A stretch of 64,000 bases of DNA, from IMG/VR virus record IMGVR_UViG_3300008266_000118; one strand, written 5' to 3'. Of the stretch, positions 49,494 to 57,766 are shown piece after piece. The position numbers were made by a program, and so were the translations under genes. The stretch's first letter is position 1. Each line of letters opens with the position of its first letter. This DNA comes from a virus. The notes beneath the pieces are model-generated. The model did not search any database. It was not told the origin of the DNA and worked only from the letters and a program-made list of their open reading frames with translations.

Positions 49494-49734
49494 TGTAATA
49501 GAACGTAAAAAAAAAGAAAAAAGAAAAAAGATGCAAGAGTATATATCTAAAGATGTAGTTAGATGTAGCGGGCAGTTGAATGGGGTTGGCGTTAATTGTC
49601 ATATAAGGTTTGACTGCCTGCGCTTCTTGCAGTTTAGAGAAGATTTTAAAAACAAAGAGGAGGGGCGGTACATCAACCCTTCTCCATTTGAAGGTTTGAA
49701 TTGCCCCCTATTAAAGAGAAAAGAAAATGGCTAG
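49477..49734 (+). CDS. small Cys-rich protein (likely start at Met 49531)
   Basis: CSG...C...NCHIRFDC cysteine pattern. Confidence 0.3.
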   Translation: MICLFDVIERKKKEKRKKMQEYISKDVVRCSGQLNGVGVNCHIRFDCLRFLQFREDFKNKEEGRYINPSPFEGLNCPLLKRKENG

Positions 49735-50119
49735 CAAAAAGATAAGCCTACCAAGTGAAGAGGGGATACTATGGAAGCCAAAGAAAGACCCTGCAAAAAA
49801 GCAGGTATTAGACCCGATAACAGGCAAGAGGTTGAATAGATACGGAAAGATGCCAAAGAAAGTGGTATTCTTTGACTTTCTACCTGAAGGTTGGGATACT
49901 CGTCCTTGGCGCTTACAGGTATACTCTTTCTTAGAAAAGGCTGCCGAAAACGTAGGAACAACTCCTAGGCATATGTTGACAAACATGGGTTACAACACAG
50001 AGGCTAATATGACTTGGTTACAAGCTATGAGAAAAGACAACCCAAGATATAAGAGGATGCAAATGGATATGCTTGTAAAGATAAGCAGGCTGACAAATAC
50101 ACCTTTCACACTTTATTAA
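49727..50119 (+). CDS. hypothetical protein
   Basis: 130-aa ORF. Confidence 0.4.
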   Translation: MASKKISLPSEEGILWKPKKDPAKKQVLDPITGKRLNRYGKMPKKVVFFDFLPEGWDTRPWRLQVYSFLEKAAENVGTTPRHMLTNMGYNTEANMTWLQAMRKDNPRYKRMQMDMLVKISRLTNTPFTLY

Positions 50120-50276
50120 AAAAAATACGACAATGAATTTAAGTTTATTTAATTTTTCAACTGAATTGGTTTTTATAGAGGTCTTGTCTGTTCGCATTAA
50201 AGGAATAGGCGAGAGAGCTTTGCTTTATGTCGGAGATGGTAATTTGGAATTTTTCTTCATAAAAATCAAATAGAGT

Positions 50277-50384
50277 ATGTCTTCATTTTATATTTTACTT
50301 GGCATTATAGGGGTAATTGCTTTATCCATGTTGATAGCAATACCAATAGCTTATTTTGTAGAGAAGAAAAAGAGAAGTTAACGC
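50277..50384 (+). CDS. 35-aa single-TM peptide, absent from ORF track
   Basis: MSSFYILLGIIGVIALSMLIAIPIAYFVEKKKRS; ends 4 nt before the tRNA-like element. Confidence 0.25.
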
Positions 50385-50388
50385 AAAC

Positions 50389-50474
50389 GGAGAGGTGGCG
50401 CAATTGGCAGACGAGCAGATAGGCGATAATATCAATAGGATGCGGGTATGCAGGTTCGAATCCTGCCCTTTCCG
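50389..50474 (+). tRNA. tRNA-like element, 86 nt, type-II length, anticodon arm not resolvable
   Basis: acceptor GGAGAGG/CCTTTCC (one G-U), D-loop AATTGG motif, canonical T-arm GCAGG-TTCGAAT-CCTGC; manual 5-7-5 search finds no anticodon stem-loop. Confidence 0.45.
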
Positions 50475-50518
50475 CAATTATGTTGTTTTTTGTAATATAA
50501 AATATCATATGTATATTT

Positions 50519-50797
50519 GTGTTTATGAAAACGGTTAGCAAAAAAGATATGCCTTGCAATAAAGCAAAGGCTACTCCAAGTCATCCAAAGAAAAGCCACA
50601 TCGTCAAAGCTTGTTCAGGCGGTAAAGAAAAGATAATCCGTTTTGGTGAGCAGGGCGCAAAAACTGCGGGCAAACCTAAAGCAGGGGAATCAGACAAGAT
50701 GAAGAAAAAAAGAGCTTCATTCAAAGCTAGACACGGAAAGAATATCGCTAAAGGTAATATGTCTGCTGCGTTTTGGAGTGACCGTGTGAAGTGGTAA
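50519..50797 (+). CDS. small basic protein, DUF5872-like (ATG at 50525)
   Basis: C-terminal KKRASFKARHGKN...AAFWSDRVKW matches the recalled DUF5872 signature RRKSFRARHNC...KWKARYW; leaderless TATATTTG promoter box at 50512-50519. Confidence 0.4.
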   Translation: MFMKTVSKKDMPCNKAKATPSHPKKSHIVKACSGGKEKIIRFGEQGAKTAGKPKAGESDKMKKKRASFKARHGKNIAKGNMSAAFWSDRVKW

Positions 50798-50818
50798 ACT
50801 GTTGAAAATCAATTAGTT

Positions 50819-51415
50819 ATGGGTAAGGTAAAAGATATATCAGGTGAGGTTTTTTCAAACTTACTTGTTTTAGAGTTTTTAGAAATAAAAAACACTAATT
50901 CATTGTGGTTGTGTAAGTGTCTCTTATGTAGTGAAACTACAAAGGTTAGTAAACCTAATCTACTAAGCGGAAACACTAAAGATTGCGGGTGTAAAAAAAG
51001 TGAAAAAATTTCAAACGCCATAAGGACTCATGGTCTTTCAAAAACCCCTACTTGGAACTCTTGGTTTAAAATGCATAGAAGGATAAAAGAAGGTGAAAAG
51101 CATAGTAAAATTTATGGGCAAATAACCGTTTGTGAAGAATGGGACAGTTTTGATACTTTTTTGAAAGATATGGGAGAAAGACCAAAAGGTACTTCTATAG
51201 ACAGGATAGATAATACAAAAGGGTATTATAAAGAAAATTGCAGATGGGCTACTCCAAGCGTTCAATGTAGAAACAGAGGAAACAATGTAATGATTACACA
51301 TAACGGGGAAACTTTGTGCGCTAAAGATTGGGGTAAAAAACTTGGAATGTGTAGAAGTAGGATATCTAAAAAGTTTAAAGAAGGTGTTTCAATAGAGCAA
51401 TTGTTAAACGAATAA
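50819..51415 (+). CDS. HNH homing endonuclease (HNH_3-like)
   Basis: SIDRIDNTKGYYKENCRWATPSVQCRN matches the HNH_3 D-x-I-D-N ... N-C-R motif; free-standing in the accessory region. Confidence 0.55.
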   Translation: MGKVKDISGEVFSNLLVLEFLEIKNTNSLWLCKCLLCSETTKVSKPNLLSGNTKDCGCKKSEKISNAIRTHGLSKTPTWNSWFKMHRRIKEGEKHSKIYGQITVCEEWDSFDTFLKDMGERPKGTSIDRIDNTKGYYKENCRWATPSVQCRNRGNNVMITHNGETLCAKDWGKKLGMCRSRISKKFKEGVSIEQLLNE

Positions 51416-51418
51416 AAC

Positions 51419-51598
51419 ATGAAAGCAAAGAGTACAGTTAACAAGGCAGGCAATTACACCAAGCCTACGATGCGCAAGGCTTTATTTGAAAAGATTAAAG
51501 CAGGTACTTCGGGTGGTAAAAGTGGTCAGTGGTCAGCAAGAAAAAGCCAAATGCTAGCTAGAGAGTACAAAGCTAAAGGCGGAGGATATCGTGACTAA
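51419..51598 (+). CDS. small basic protein (59 aa), absent from ORF track
   Basis: MKAKSTVNKAGNYTKPTMRKALFEKIKAGTSGGKSGQWSARKSQMLAREYKAKGGGYRD; K-rich, similar in flavour to its neighbours. Confidence 0.35.
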   Translation: MKAKSTVNKAGNYTKPTMRKALFEKIKAGTSGGKSGQWSARKSQMLAREYKAKGGGYRD

Positions 51599-51830
51599 AA
51601 GGAGGGAGCAGCAGAGTTTAGACAAGTGGACTAAACAGGAGTGGACTACACCTAGCGGTAAGCCATCAGGCAAGACAGGAGAAGTGTATGCTCCAAAGAA
51701 AAAGATTGAGAGCTTGAAACAGACACCTCAAGGTAGGAAGAAGCTAGCAGCTGCAAATGCTGCTAAGAGAAAGGCTACAAAAAAGGGGGAGCAGTACGCT
51801 AAACACGGGCTTCACAAAGGAATGAAATAG
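51591..51830 (+). CDS. small basic protein
   Basis: 79 aa, Lys-rich. Confidence 0.35.
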   Translation: MTKRREQQSLDKWTKQEWTTPSGKPSGKTGEVYAPKKKIESLKQTPQGRKKLAAANAAKRKATKKGEQYAKHGLHKGMK

Positions 51831-51924
51831 GTTTTTTTCCATAGTTATAAGTAAAAAAAAGGCTAGTACGGGTTAAACCATGCTAGCTTTTTTCTTTTTT
51901 TTAGGAGGTGGTAAAATGGAGCTT

Positions 51925-52044
51925 TATTTATTTCTTCTTGCTCATCTTAGCCATCATCTTCGCTTTCATTGCCTTCTTCATTGGAGCAGGCATCTCTTTG
52001 GCAACTTTCTTAGCAGCTACCATCTTCGATTTCATTGGTGTTTT
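51925..52044 (-). CDS. 39-aa Lys/Met-rich repeat peptide, absent from ORF track
   Basis: MKTPMKSKMVAAKKVAKEMPAPMKKAMKAKMMAKMSKKK; encoded over an 18-bp direct DNA repeat; shares the MKTP N-terminus with the upstream gene. Confidence 0.25.
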
Positions 52045-52072
52045 CATTGTGTTTTATTTTTTGGGTTTTGGT

Positions 52073-52444
52073 TTATTCTAATCTTTCTCTCACACTCTTT
52101 TTCAACTTCATTTTGTCATAAAAATCCTTGTCTCCTTTTCTTTTAGCGACCACCTTGTCAAAGGTAACACTAGCTTTCATAGCCTTATACCCTGACTCTA
52201 CTTTATGTTTGTCTCTTGGGTTTTTAGGAGAGGCGCTAGATGTAGCCAATTCTCTAGGGTCTTTCATCTTCGGGTACATTATCTCTACAGACCTATAGTC
52301 CTTTAAAGAGTTTTTCATGTCCGTTGAGTCTTTTTTAAACTCAATATCTTTACCCATCTCCATCCACTTACTTCTCATCTGAGCTTCAGTGCTTTTCTTT
52401 TCAGCAGGCTTTTTAGGCTTTGGTTGCTTTACAGGTGTTTTCAT
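52073..52444 (-). CDS. Lys-rich basic protein
   Basis: 123 aa, begins MKTPVKQPKPKKPAEKK. Confidence 0.4.
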   Translation of the reverse strand: MKTPVKQPKPKKPAEKKSTEAQMRSKWMEMGKDIEFKKDSTDMKNSLKDYRSVEIMYPKMKDPRELATSSASPKNPRDKHKVESGYKAMKASVTFDKVVAKRKGDKDFYDKMKLKKSVRERLE

Positions 52445-52459
52445 AAATACAAAGCTATA

Positions 52460-52648
52460 TTATTCTTTTTTATTTTCAAAATACAAGCCATCGTAGAAGT
52501 CTTTGATACTCTTGTATACTACAGCCATGTTGTCTGCACCAACCCCTTCGTTGTACATAACCCTGCAATTCTCTACATAACCCTCTTTTGTCTCTCCTGT
52601 GGTAAAGTGGATAGTAATCCCTTTGACCTCTAATTTACTTGTGTCCAT
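52460..52648 (-). CDS. hypothetical protein
   Basis: 62-aa ORF in the leftward operon. Confidence 0.35.
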   Translation of the reverse strand: MDTSKLEVKGITIHFTTGETKEGYVENCRVMYNEGVGADNMAVVYKSIKDFYDGLYFENKKE

Positions 52649-52681
52649 TTTTGATTTTTTGATTTATTTATTTATTTGATT

Positions 52682-53188
52682 CTACATACCTTTCTTCACC
52701 ACGGCTTCCGTCTTGGTAATATTCTCATCTATCTTATCGTAAAAGCCTTTCCTATTCCCACAGAAAATAAAGAAAGGGTTGACCCAATACTCAGACTGCC
52801 CCTTCTTCATCAAGAAGAAAGATTCAACCAATTCCTTTATCCCTTTAGAAGCAGTAAAGCGTGAGATGCCTAACTCCTTCTGCAATCTAGAGTGCTTCAG
52901 ATTTATATAGTCCGTATTCTCCCCTAAAGAGTAGATAATAAACAAAAGGACATCCCTACCATTCTGACCTAGCATACCAAAGATGATGCCCTTAACCCTA
53001 CTCGGTCTAAAGACACTTGTATGCCTAGGGCTGTCCATAAAAAAGACCTCAGACTTCGTCCCATGTCTCTTCGTAGCTATACCACTATCAACCCTATTAG
53101 GGTCTACAACATGATAATCCTTTACTATCTCAATACAGGTTAGCTGAAAAGTAGGATTCTTTACAAAAGGATTTATATCTTCTTTCAT
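52682..53188 (-). CDS. winged-HTH DNA-binding protein (candidate replication initiator/regulator)
   Basis: HTH-like LQKELGISRFTASKGIKELVE; gene sits beside the iteron-like repeat region. Confidence 0.4.
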   Translation of the reverse strand: MKEDINPFVKNPTFQLTCIEIVKDYHVVDPNRVDSGIATKRHGTKSEVFFMDSPRHTSVFRPSRVKGIIFGMLGQNGRDVLLFIIYSLGENTDYINLKHSRLQKELGISRFTASKGIKELVESFFLMKKGQSEYWVNPFFIFCGNRKGFYDKIDENITKTEAVVKKGM

Positions 53189-53475
53189 TTTTTATACCCC
53201 ATCTCTATGTTATAATACCAATCACTAAGACCTGTACTCTTCTCTACAATCCTAATACCCCGATGACCTATCTTAACACAACAATCTTTAGAAAAGACTA
53301 CATCATCACAGTAAGAAACAGTAAAGCAATCAATACTATCCAACCACTCTTTCCATACCTTTTTATCCCATGCATTAGGATTCTCTACATCATTATCCAA
53401 TGCATCCCTATCATAAAAAGGTGTAGCACGTTTTTTCATCTTACCTATGTCCATACAAAAACAAAGATACAGCAA
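53185..53475 (-). CDS. hypothetical protein
   Basis: 96-aa ORF; first gene of the leftward operon from the divergent region. Confidence 0.4.
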   Translation of the reverse strand: MLYLCFCMDIGKMKKRATPFYDRDALDNDVENPNAWDKKVWKEWLDSIDCFTVSYCDDVVFSKDCCVKIGHRGIRIVEKSTGLSDWYYNIEMGYKK

Positions 53476-53685
53476 ATGTTGATTCTAGCAAACATGGCTC
53501 TATGATTATCAGGCAGTTAAAAAGTGCTAAAACATGCAAATGTTGAAATTGATTTTTATAATCACCTCTATCACACATCTTTACATCACACTCTCGTATC
53601 TATTGTATATACTGCAATGTTACCTTTTACAATACTTGCCATACATCCGTGCTTAAAAAAAACGGTGTGTTCAAAAAAAATGTAT

Positions 53686-53835
53686 GTGGTGTAGGTGTAG
53701 GTGGTGTATGAGACGTAGGTAAGGTTTTTATGTATGGCATAGATGCTATATGAGATGGAGGTATAGATATTGCATGAGATGTGGGTATCATACAAGATGG
53801 AGGTGAAATTGTAGGCGCTATATGAGATGGAGATA
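53686..53835. repeat. iteron-like degenerate direct repeats (5x YATGAGAYGKRGG, plus GTAGGT x2 and a 16-bp exact pair 72 bp apart)
   Basis: copies at 53707, 53749, 53773, 53793, 53821; GCTATATGAGATGGAG at 53745 and 53817. Confidence 0.5.
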
Positions 53836-54024
53836 ACCCCACCTCACCTGCGGTCGCTGCCCCTCGAAAAAAAATACCCGTACCCCTATTTCGTGTTTTC
53901 CTATTTTGGGACAAAGTTTCATATTGAGGCTATCGTCCTATTATGAATCACAAGTTTCAAATTCGGTTTATAGTTTCATTTTGGTGTCGATGGTTCAAAA
54001 TGGGAGATTTAAGAGAATACCCAT

Positions 54025-54123
54025 CTACCTGCTACCTGTTTAGACTCATTCTAAATTAACATTTTATTTGCTTTTGTGGTTTATTTTGATATATGCATAT
54101 GCTTGTTTAGAATCATTATAAAT
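54025..54123. promoter_or_regulatory. candidate origin/regulatory region: CTACCTG x2, a 19-mer direct repeat GTTTAGAnTCATTnTAAAT x2, and an AT-rich tract
   Basis: 19-mers at 54038-54056 and 54105-54123; the flanking sequence is very AT-rich. Confidence 0.4.
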
Positions 54124-54350
54124 AAAATATTTTTTTCTGCTTTTGTATTTTTATTAGCCTGATTTTCAGGTAGTTAGATAAATAAATGTATAGTGTATAG
54201 TTTTGAGGACACTTTATTTGATTTGGTGACCCTATCTTGCAGGTGTATTTGAGGGGTTAGGGTTTGGGGTTGTTCTATTGATAGGTTTGAGTGTGGGCGA
54301 AATGCTTTATCCTAAGTGGCTTCAAACCTTTGTTATGAGTTCTTATATTT

Positions 54351-54806
54351 ATGAAAAAAACCAATACAAGCGCGAGCGAAAGCAGCGCGAAAACTACCAA
54401 GGTAGTTGCAAATGTGCCTGTTAAGAAAGCCAATGAGTTCAAGCAAAAGGGAGCGAAAGCAGAGGTAACAGAGAAAAAAGCAAAGGTGTTAAGTGACCCA
54501 AAGGTTCTTTATTTGGCAGAGGGCAAAAAGGGTAAAGACTTAATGAGCGCCAAAATTGAATCTAACAGATTGAACAAAGCGGAATTAAAAAGTTTGTCAT
54601 TTCAAATTAAGCAATTCCAAAAGCATGGCAGTGTTTTCTTGTCAACCTTTCGATTGGGCAGAATGGAGGATATAACGCCAAAAAATCTGATTCCGCACAT
54701 TGGAACAGGTGACGCAAAGAGACAGGCAAAAAATGGGGGTAATTGGTCTTATTACATGCTTGAAACGTGTGTGGCTAATTATTACAAAAGCAAAGCGAAA
54801 AAATAG
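54351..54806 (+). CDS. hypothetical basic protein
   Basis: 151-aa ORF, first gene rightward of the divergent region. Confidence 0.4.
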   Translation: MKKTNTSASESSAKTTKVVANVPVKKANEFKQKGAKAEVTEKKAKVLSDPKVLYLAEGKKGKDLMSAKIESNRLNKAELKSLSFQIKQFQKHGSVFLSTFRLGRMEDITPKNLIPHIGTGDAKRQAKNGGNWSYYMLETCVANYYKSKAKK

Positions 54807-54842
54807 GTTTTCGGTTCGAGGGGTTCGAGTCCCCTCTTTGCT
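54789..54842 (+). ncRNA. truncated tRNA-like minihelix (acceptor + hairpin + T-arm; no anticodon arm); may also act as a terminator
   Basis: acceptor AGCAAAG/CTTTGCT, hairpin CGAAAA-AATAGG-TTTTCG, T-arm AGGGG-TTCGAGT-CCCCT; overlaps the stop of the upstream CDS. Confidence 0.35.
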
Positions 54843-55443
54843 TCAAATTTACTAAAAACATATGCGAAATGCATATGAGTAAAATAGTGCGCTAATTGCG
54901 CGCGACATCGAAAATCCGTTCCTGAAAACGACATAGGGAACGTGTAATTAGTCGGGTTTCTTGGATATACTTGCATGGGGCGTGAACCCCTATCTGTAAA
55001 AAGAACAGATATTTTTTCAACTGCTATGTGGTTGTTTTTATCCGAATAAAAAAATGCTTATAAATGTAAAACGCTCAAACCGATAGCAAGGTAAAAGAGC
55101 GTATAGAAATAAAACCAAAAAAGCCACATTGTGAAATGCGCTCTAAGTTTTATTTTGATATCTGCCTGAAAAGTGAGGCAATCCACTATGTTACGAGAGC
55201 CGACGTGCTTTTGTAAACTCGCAAAAATCGCTACGAAAAGTAGAGAGTGGAATTTACACCCATACAAAATAGTTTTGTGTGTGGTGTATCTAAAATCGCA
55301 AAAATCAAAAATGTAAAAAAGAAACCTATTCAAGCCTATAATGGCTTTTTATGTGCGTATATAAACGCTAATTGCTCACTTTGACTGAAGTAATTCAGAA
55401 TACTATTGTTCCGAGATGTGAGATGTAAAAGACAGGACAAAAC

Positions 55444-55492
55444 AGGAGGAAATTGGTGTGGTGGGTTCGATTCCCACCTCCTCCTCAAACCA
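55444..55492 (+). ncRNA. tRNA-like minihelix (acceptor + D-loop remnant AATTGG + T-arm) followed by ACCA
   Basis: acceptor AGGAGGA/TCCTCCT 7 bp perfect; T-arm GGTGGG-TTCGATT-CCCACC; trailing CAAACCA. Confidence 0.35.
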
Positions 55493-55760
55493 AATAAATA
55501 AAAAACGTATGCCAATCAAGAAAAACAAAACAAACGAACAGATGTTCAGGGCTTTATTCAAAGAATTAGAAGGTTCTATCTTCCCTGCCCTACTAAGAGA
55601 GAGGATTGTAAATATCATGGAATTGACCGTGTATGACATCAAAAACAACCCAAAACAATGGGAGAGAAGTTTCATTCACCCAAGTATGTACGAAGAGTTA
55701 AACAAAATCGTGCAAAAGCATTTAGGTTTCAGCAAAGAAATAAACGACAAAACCAAATAA
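55458..55760 (+). CDS. hypothetical protein (likely start at Met 55508)
   Basis: the N-terminal part of the track ORF overlaps the tRNA-like minihelix. Confidence 0.35.
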   Translation: MVGSIPTSSSNQINKKRMPIKKNKTNEQMFRALFKELEGSIFPALLRERIVNIMELTVYDIKNNPKQWERSFIHPSMYEELNKIVQKHLGFSKEINDKTK

Positions 55761-55946
55761 ATAAAAACGTATGGAAGAGCTAGATTTAAATACCTACTTA
55801 TTAGTGGGTGAAGTACAAATCATTAAAACCAAGTAGAAAAAAACATGGGCTTAATCTTTTTTTGGTCAGTGCAGATTGTTATGTCTGTGCTGACCTTTCG
55901 TTTTGTAGAACGTAACAACAAAAAATCAAATAAATAAAATAAAACT

Positions 55947-56210
55947 ATGTCATTTAAAAACCTACCAAGCAAAGCAATACACGGAAATGGTATTCAATAC
56001 CTCGTGTTTTATCCAAACGGATACGGAGCATCAATCGTCAAACACCACTTTTCATACGGAGGGGATGCGGGTTATTGGGAGTTAGCCGTAGCCAAAGGGA
56101 ATGAAGAAGAGTGGGCAATATGCTACGATACACCCATAACAAGTGATGTTTTGGGGTGGCTATCAGATGAAAAGGTTGATGAAACCCTACTCGAAATAGA
56201 AAAGTTGTAA
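55947..56210 (+). CDS. hypothetical protein
   Basis: 87-aa ORF. Confidence 0.4.
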   Translation: MSFKNLPSKAIHGNGIQYLVFYPNGYGASIVKHHFSYGGDAGYWELAVAKGNEEEWAICYDTPITSDVLGWLSDEKVDETLLEIEKL

Positions 56211-56216
56211 AAATTA

Positions 56217-56289
56217 AGTCAGGTGGCGAAATTGGTTAAACGCTATGAGCGATGGCTCTATTGTGCAGGTTCGAATCCTGTCCTGACTG
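56217..56289 (+). tRNA. tRNA-like element, 73 nt, degenerate anticodon arm
   Basis: acceptor AGTCAGG/CCTGACT 7 bp perfect; GCG-AAATTGG-CGC D-arm; T-arm GCAGG-TTCGAAT-CCTGT; the middle region folds as GAGC-GATG-GCTC with no 7-nt anticodon loop. Confidence 0.4.
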
Positions 56290-56309
56290 CAAACCAAATA
56301 AAAACAAAC

Positions 56310-56504
56310 ATGAAAACATTAGAAACAATCGCCTATACGATAGGCAGTATCTTAATCTTATTTATTTTAGAAGGAGTGATGACGCTAGGACACGCCTTTG
56401 ACTTTGAAAACTACAGCCTATTCGGTTGGATAATTCAAACCATGCTAATTACCCTTGCAATAGTATTGGGTAATATAGAAAGACTAAGCGAAGAAAAAAG
56501 TTAA
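56310..56504 (+). CDS. small membrane protein (2 TM)
   Basis: MKTLETIAYTIGSILILFILEGV ... WIIQTMLITLAIVLG; the track ORF start at 56223 lies inside the tRNA-like element, so the start is trimmed to 56310. Confidence 0.4.
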   Translation: MKTLETIAYTIGSILILFILEGVMTLGHAFDFENYSLFGWIIQTMLITLAIVLGNIERLSEEKS

Positions 56505-56532
56505 AAAACCAAATAAACAAACAGACAAAACC

Positions 56533-57762
56533 ATGCAACAAACATTAATCTTTTCAGAGTCTTTCATTGATTTCTTAGGGAATATTTCAGATGAAAGCAA
56601 AATCGCACGTTTAATCCTATCTTGTAGACGTGCTAGACGTGATGGTTTCTACTACCTGTACAATGCCGTACTGAAGATGGATGAGGTAAACTACATCACC
56701 TATCGCAACAATGGGCTTATGTCCTATATGCCTGCCGATAGGGTGCAAGAAACAAATGATGATGGTAGTTGGAAACGTGAAGGCAGACAAGAAGGTAAAC
56801 CTGCTCGTGTCATGAGACGCATCTTCACAAAAAGTGCGTTGAAGTGCTTGAAAGATTCTGACTTTGAAATCTTCAACAACAAGTACAAAAGCCAATACAG
56901 TACATCCGACTTCACCTTTGAAGTACTGCCCGCCTCATCTATACCTGATGTATATTGTATGGAGCAAATGAGTGGTGGTGCATCCCTCGGTAATTCATGC
57001 ATGAATGGTGATAGGGATTACCTAGATATATACAAAAACTGCAACAAGCTAGAGATAATTGTATTGAAAAATGCTCAAGGTCTACTTGCAGGTCGTGCCT
57101 TATTATGGACACTTGAGTATGAAGAAAAAGAAATCAAGTTAGCTGACCGCTTCTATGTGGCTGAAGACCATATGTACGATGCCTTCCTTACCTATGTAGA
57201 GTCAAACAAATGGTGGAGAAAAGATTCATACAAAACATACTCCTACAAGCAGACATTCATAGATGGTGATGGTAATAATGTGATAACCACTTTTGTAGTA
57301 GAAACTCCCACAGATTTTGACCTTTACCCATACATAGACACCTTTTCGTATGGCGGTGAGGGATGGCTAACCAATTCTAGTGAAAGAAACCACACATATG
57401 TATACAACCAAACAGATGGTTACAGAGAAGGAGGTGGTATCTATGACGAGATTAATGAGTGTATGATTAGCTTAGAAGATTCTATAACGATAGAAAGAGG
57501 ACAGCGAAGAGGTGTAACCACCCACGTTGACAATACTGTTGTTGTTGATGAACGTGTTTGGTGGATAAAGGATGATGATATCAGATGTATAAATGATAAG
57601 TACTACCATTCAGACGATGTTGTATACTCCGATTACGATGGAGAAGACCATCTAGAGTGCGATTGCGTATACTCTGAACATCACGAAACATTCATCCTCA
57701 GGTCAGAAGCCTATAGAGTAGCAGGAAATTATTATCACGAAGACGTAGTAGAGAGAGCATAA
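56533..57762 (+). CDS. hypothetical protein (409 aa) with Asp/Cys/His-rich C-terminus
   Basis: long ORF; no family recognised. Confidence 0.4.
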   Translation: MQQTLIFSESFIDFLGNISDESKIARLILSCRRARRDGFYYLYNAVLKMDEVNYITYRNNGLMSYMPADRVQETNDDGSWKREGRQEGKPARVMRRIFTKSALKCLKDSDFEIFNNKYKSQYSTSDFTFEVLPASSIPDVYCMEQMSGGASLGNSCMNGDRDYLDIYKNCNKLEIIVLKNAQGLLAGRALLWTLEYEEKEIKLADRFYVAEDHMYDAFLTYVESNKWWRKDSYKTYSYKQTFIDGDGNNVITTFVVETPTDFDLYPYIDTFSYGGEGWLTNSSERNHTYVYNQTDGYREGGGIYDEINECMISLEDSITIERGQRRGVTTHVDNTVVVDERVWWIKDDDIRCINDKYYHSDDVVYSDYDGEDHLECDCVYSEHHETFILRSEAYRVAGNYYHEDVVERA

Positions 57763-57766
57763 AATC

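Noticed and set aside
50305-50559. 84-aa minus-strand ORF
   Set aside because: It overlaps the tRNA-like element and the promoter of the 50519 gene. It has no coding features.
51880-52146. 88-aa + strand ORF
   Set aside because: It is a Phe/Leu/His-rich antisense artefact. The opposite strand encodes a plausible 39-aa Lys-rich peptide and a Lys-rich gene.
53686-53835. Possible CRISPR array
   Set aside because: The repeats are degenerate and irregularly spaced (20-42 bp), with no unique spacers of constant length. Iteron-like repeats are the better explanation.
53627-53914. 95-aa minus-strand ORF with PSHIA peptide repeats
   Set aside because: The peptide repeats are a direct translation of the iteron-like DNA repeats in a divergent promoter/ori region. 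It is likely non-coding, though a repeat protein cannot be fully excluded.
54789-55492. tRNA 3' fragments as an attP core for integration
   Set aside because: No integrase or recombinase gene is recognisable anywhere in the window. The elements have their own perfectly paired acceptor stems, so they look like minihelices rather than partial host tRNA copies. This remains a minor possibility.
54782-55675. Minus-strand ORFs 54782..54976, 55058..55333 and 55403..55675 in the non-coding tract
   Set aside because: They are short, lack start context, and overlap palindromes and tRNA-like elements.
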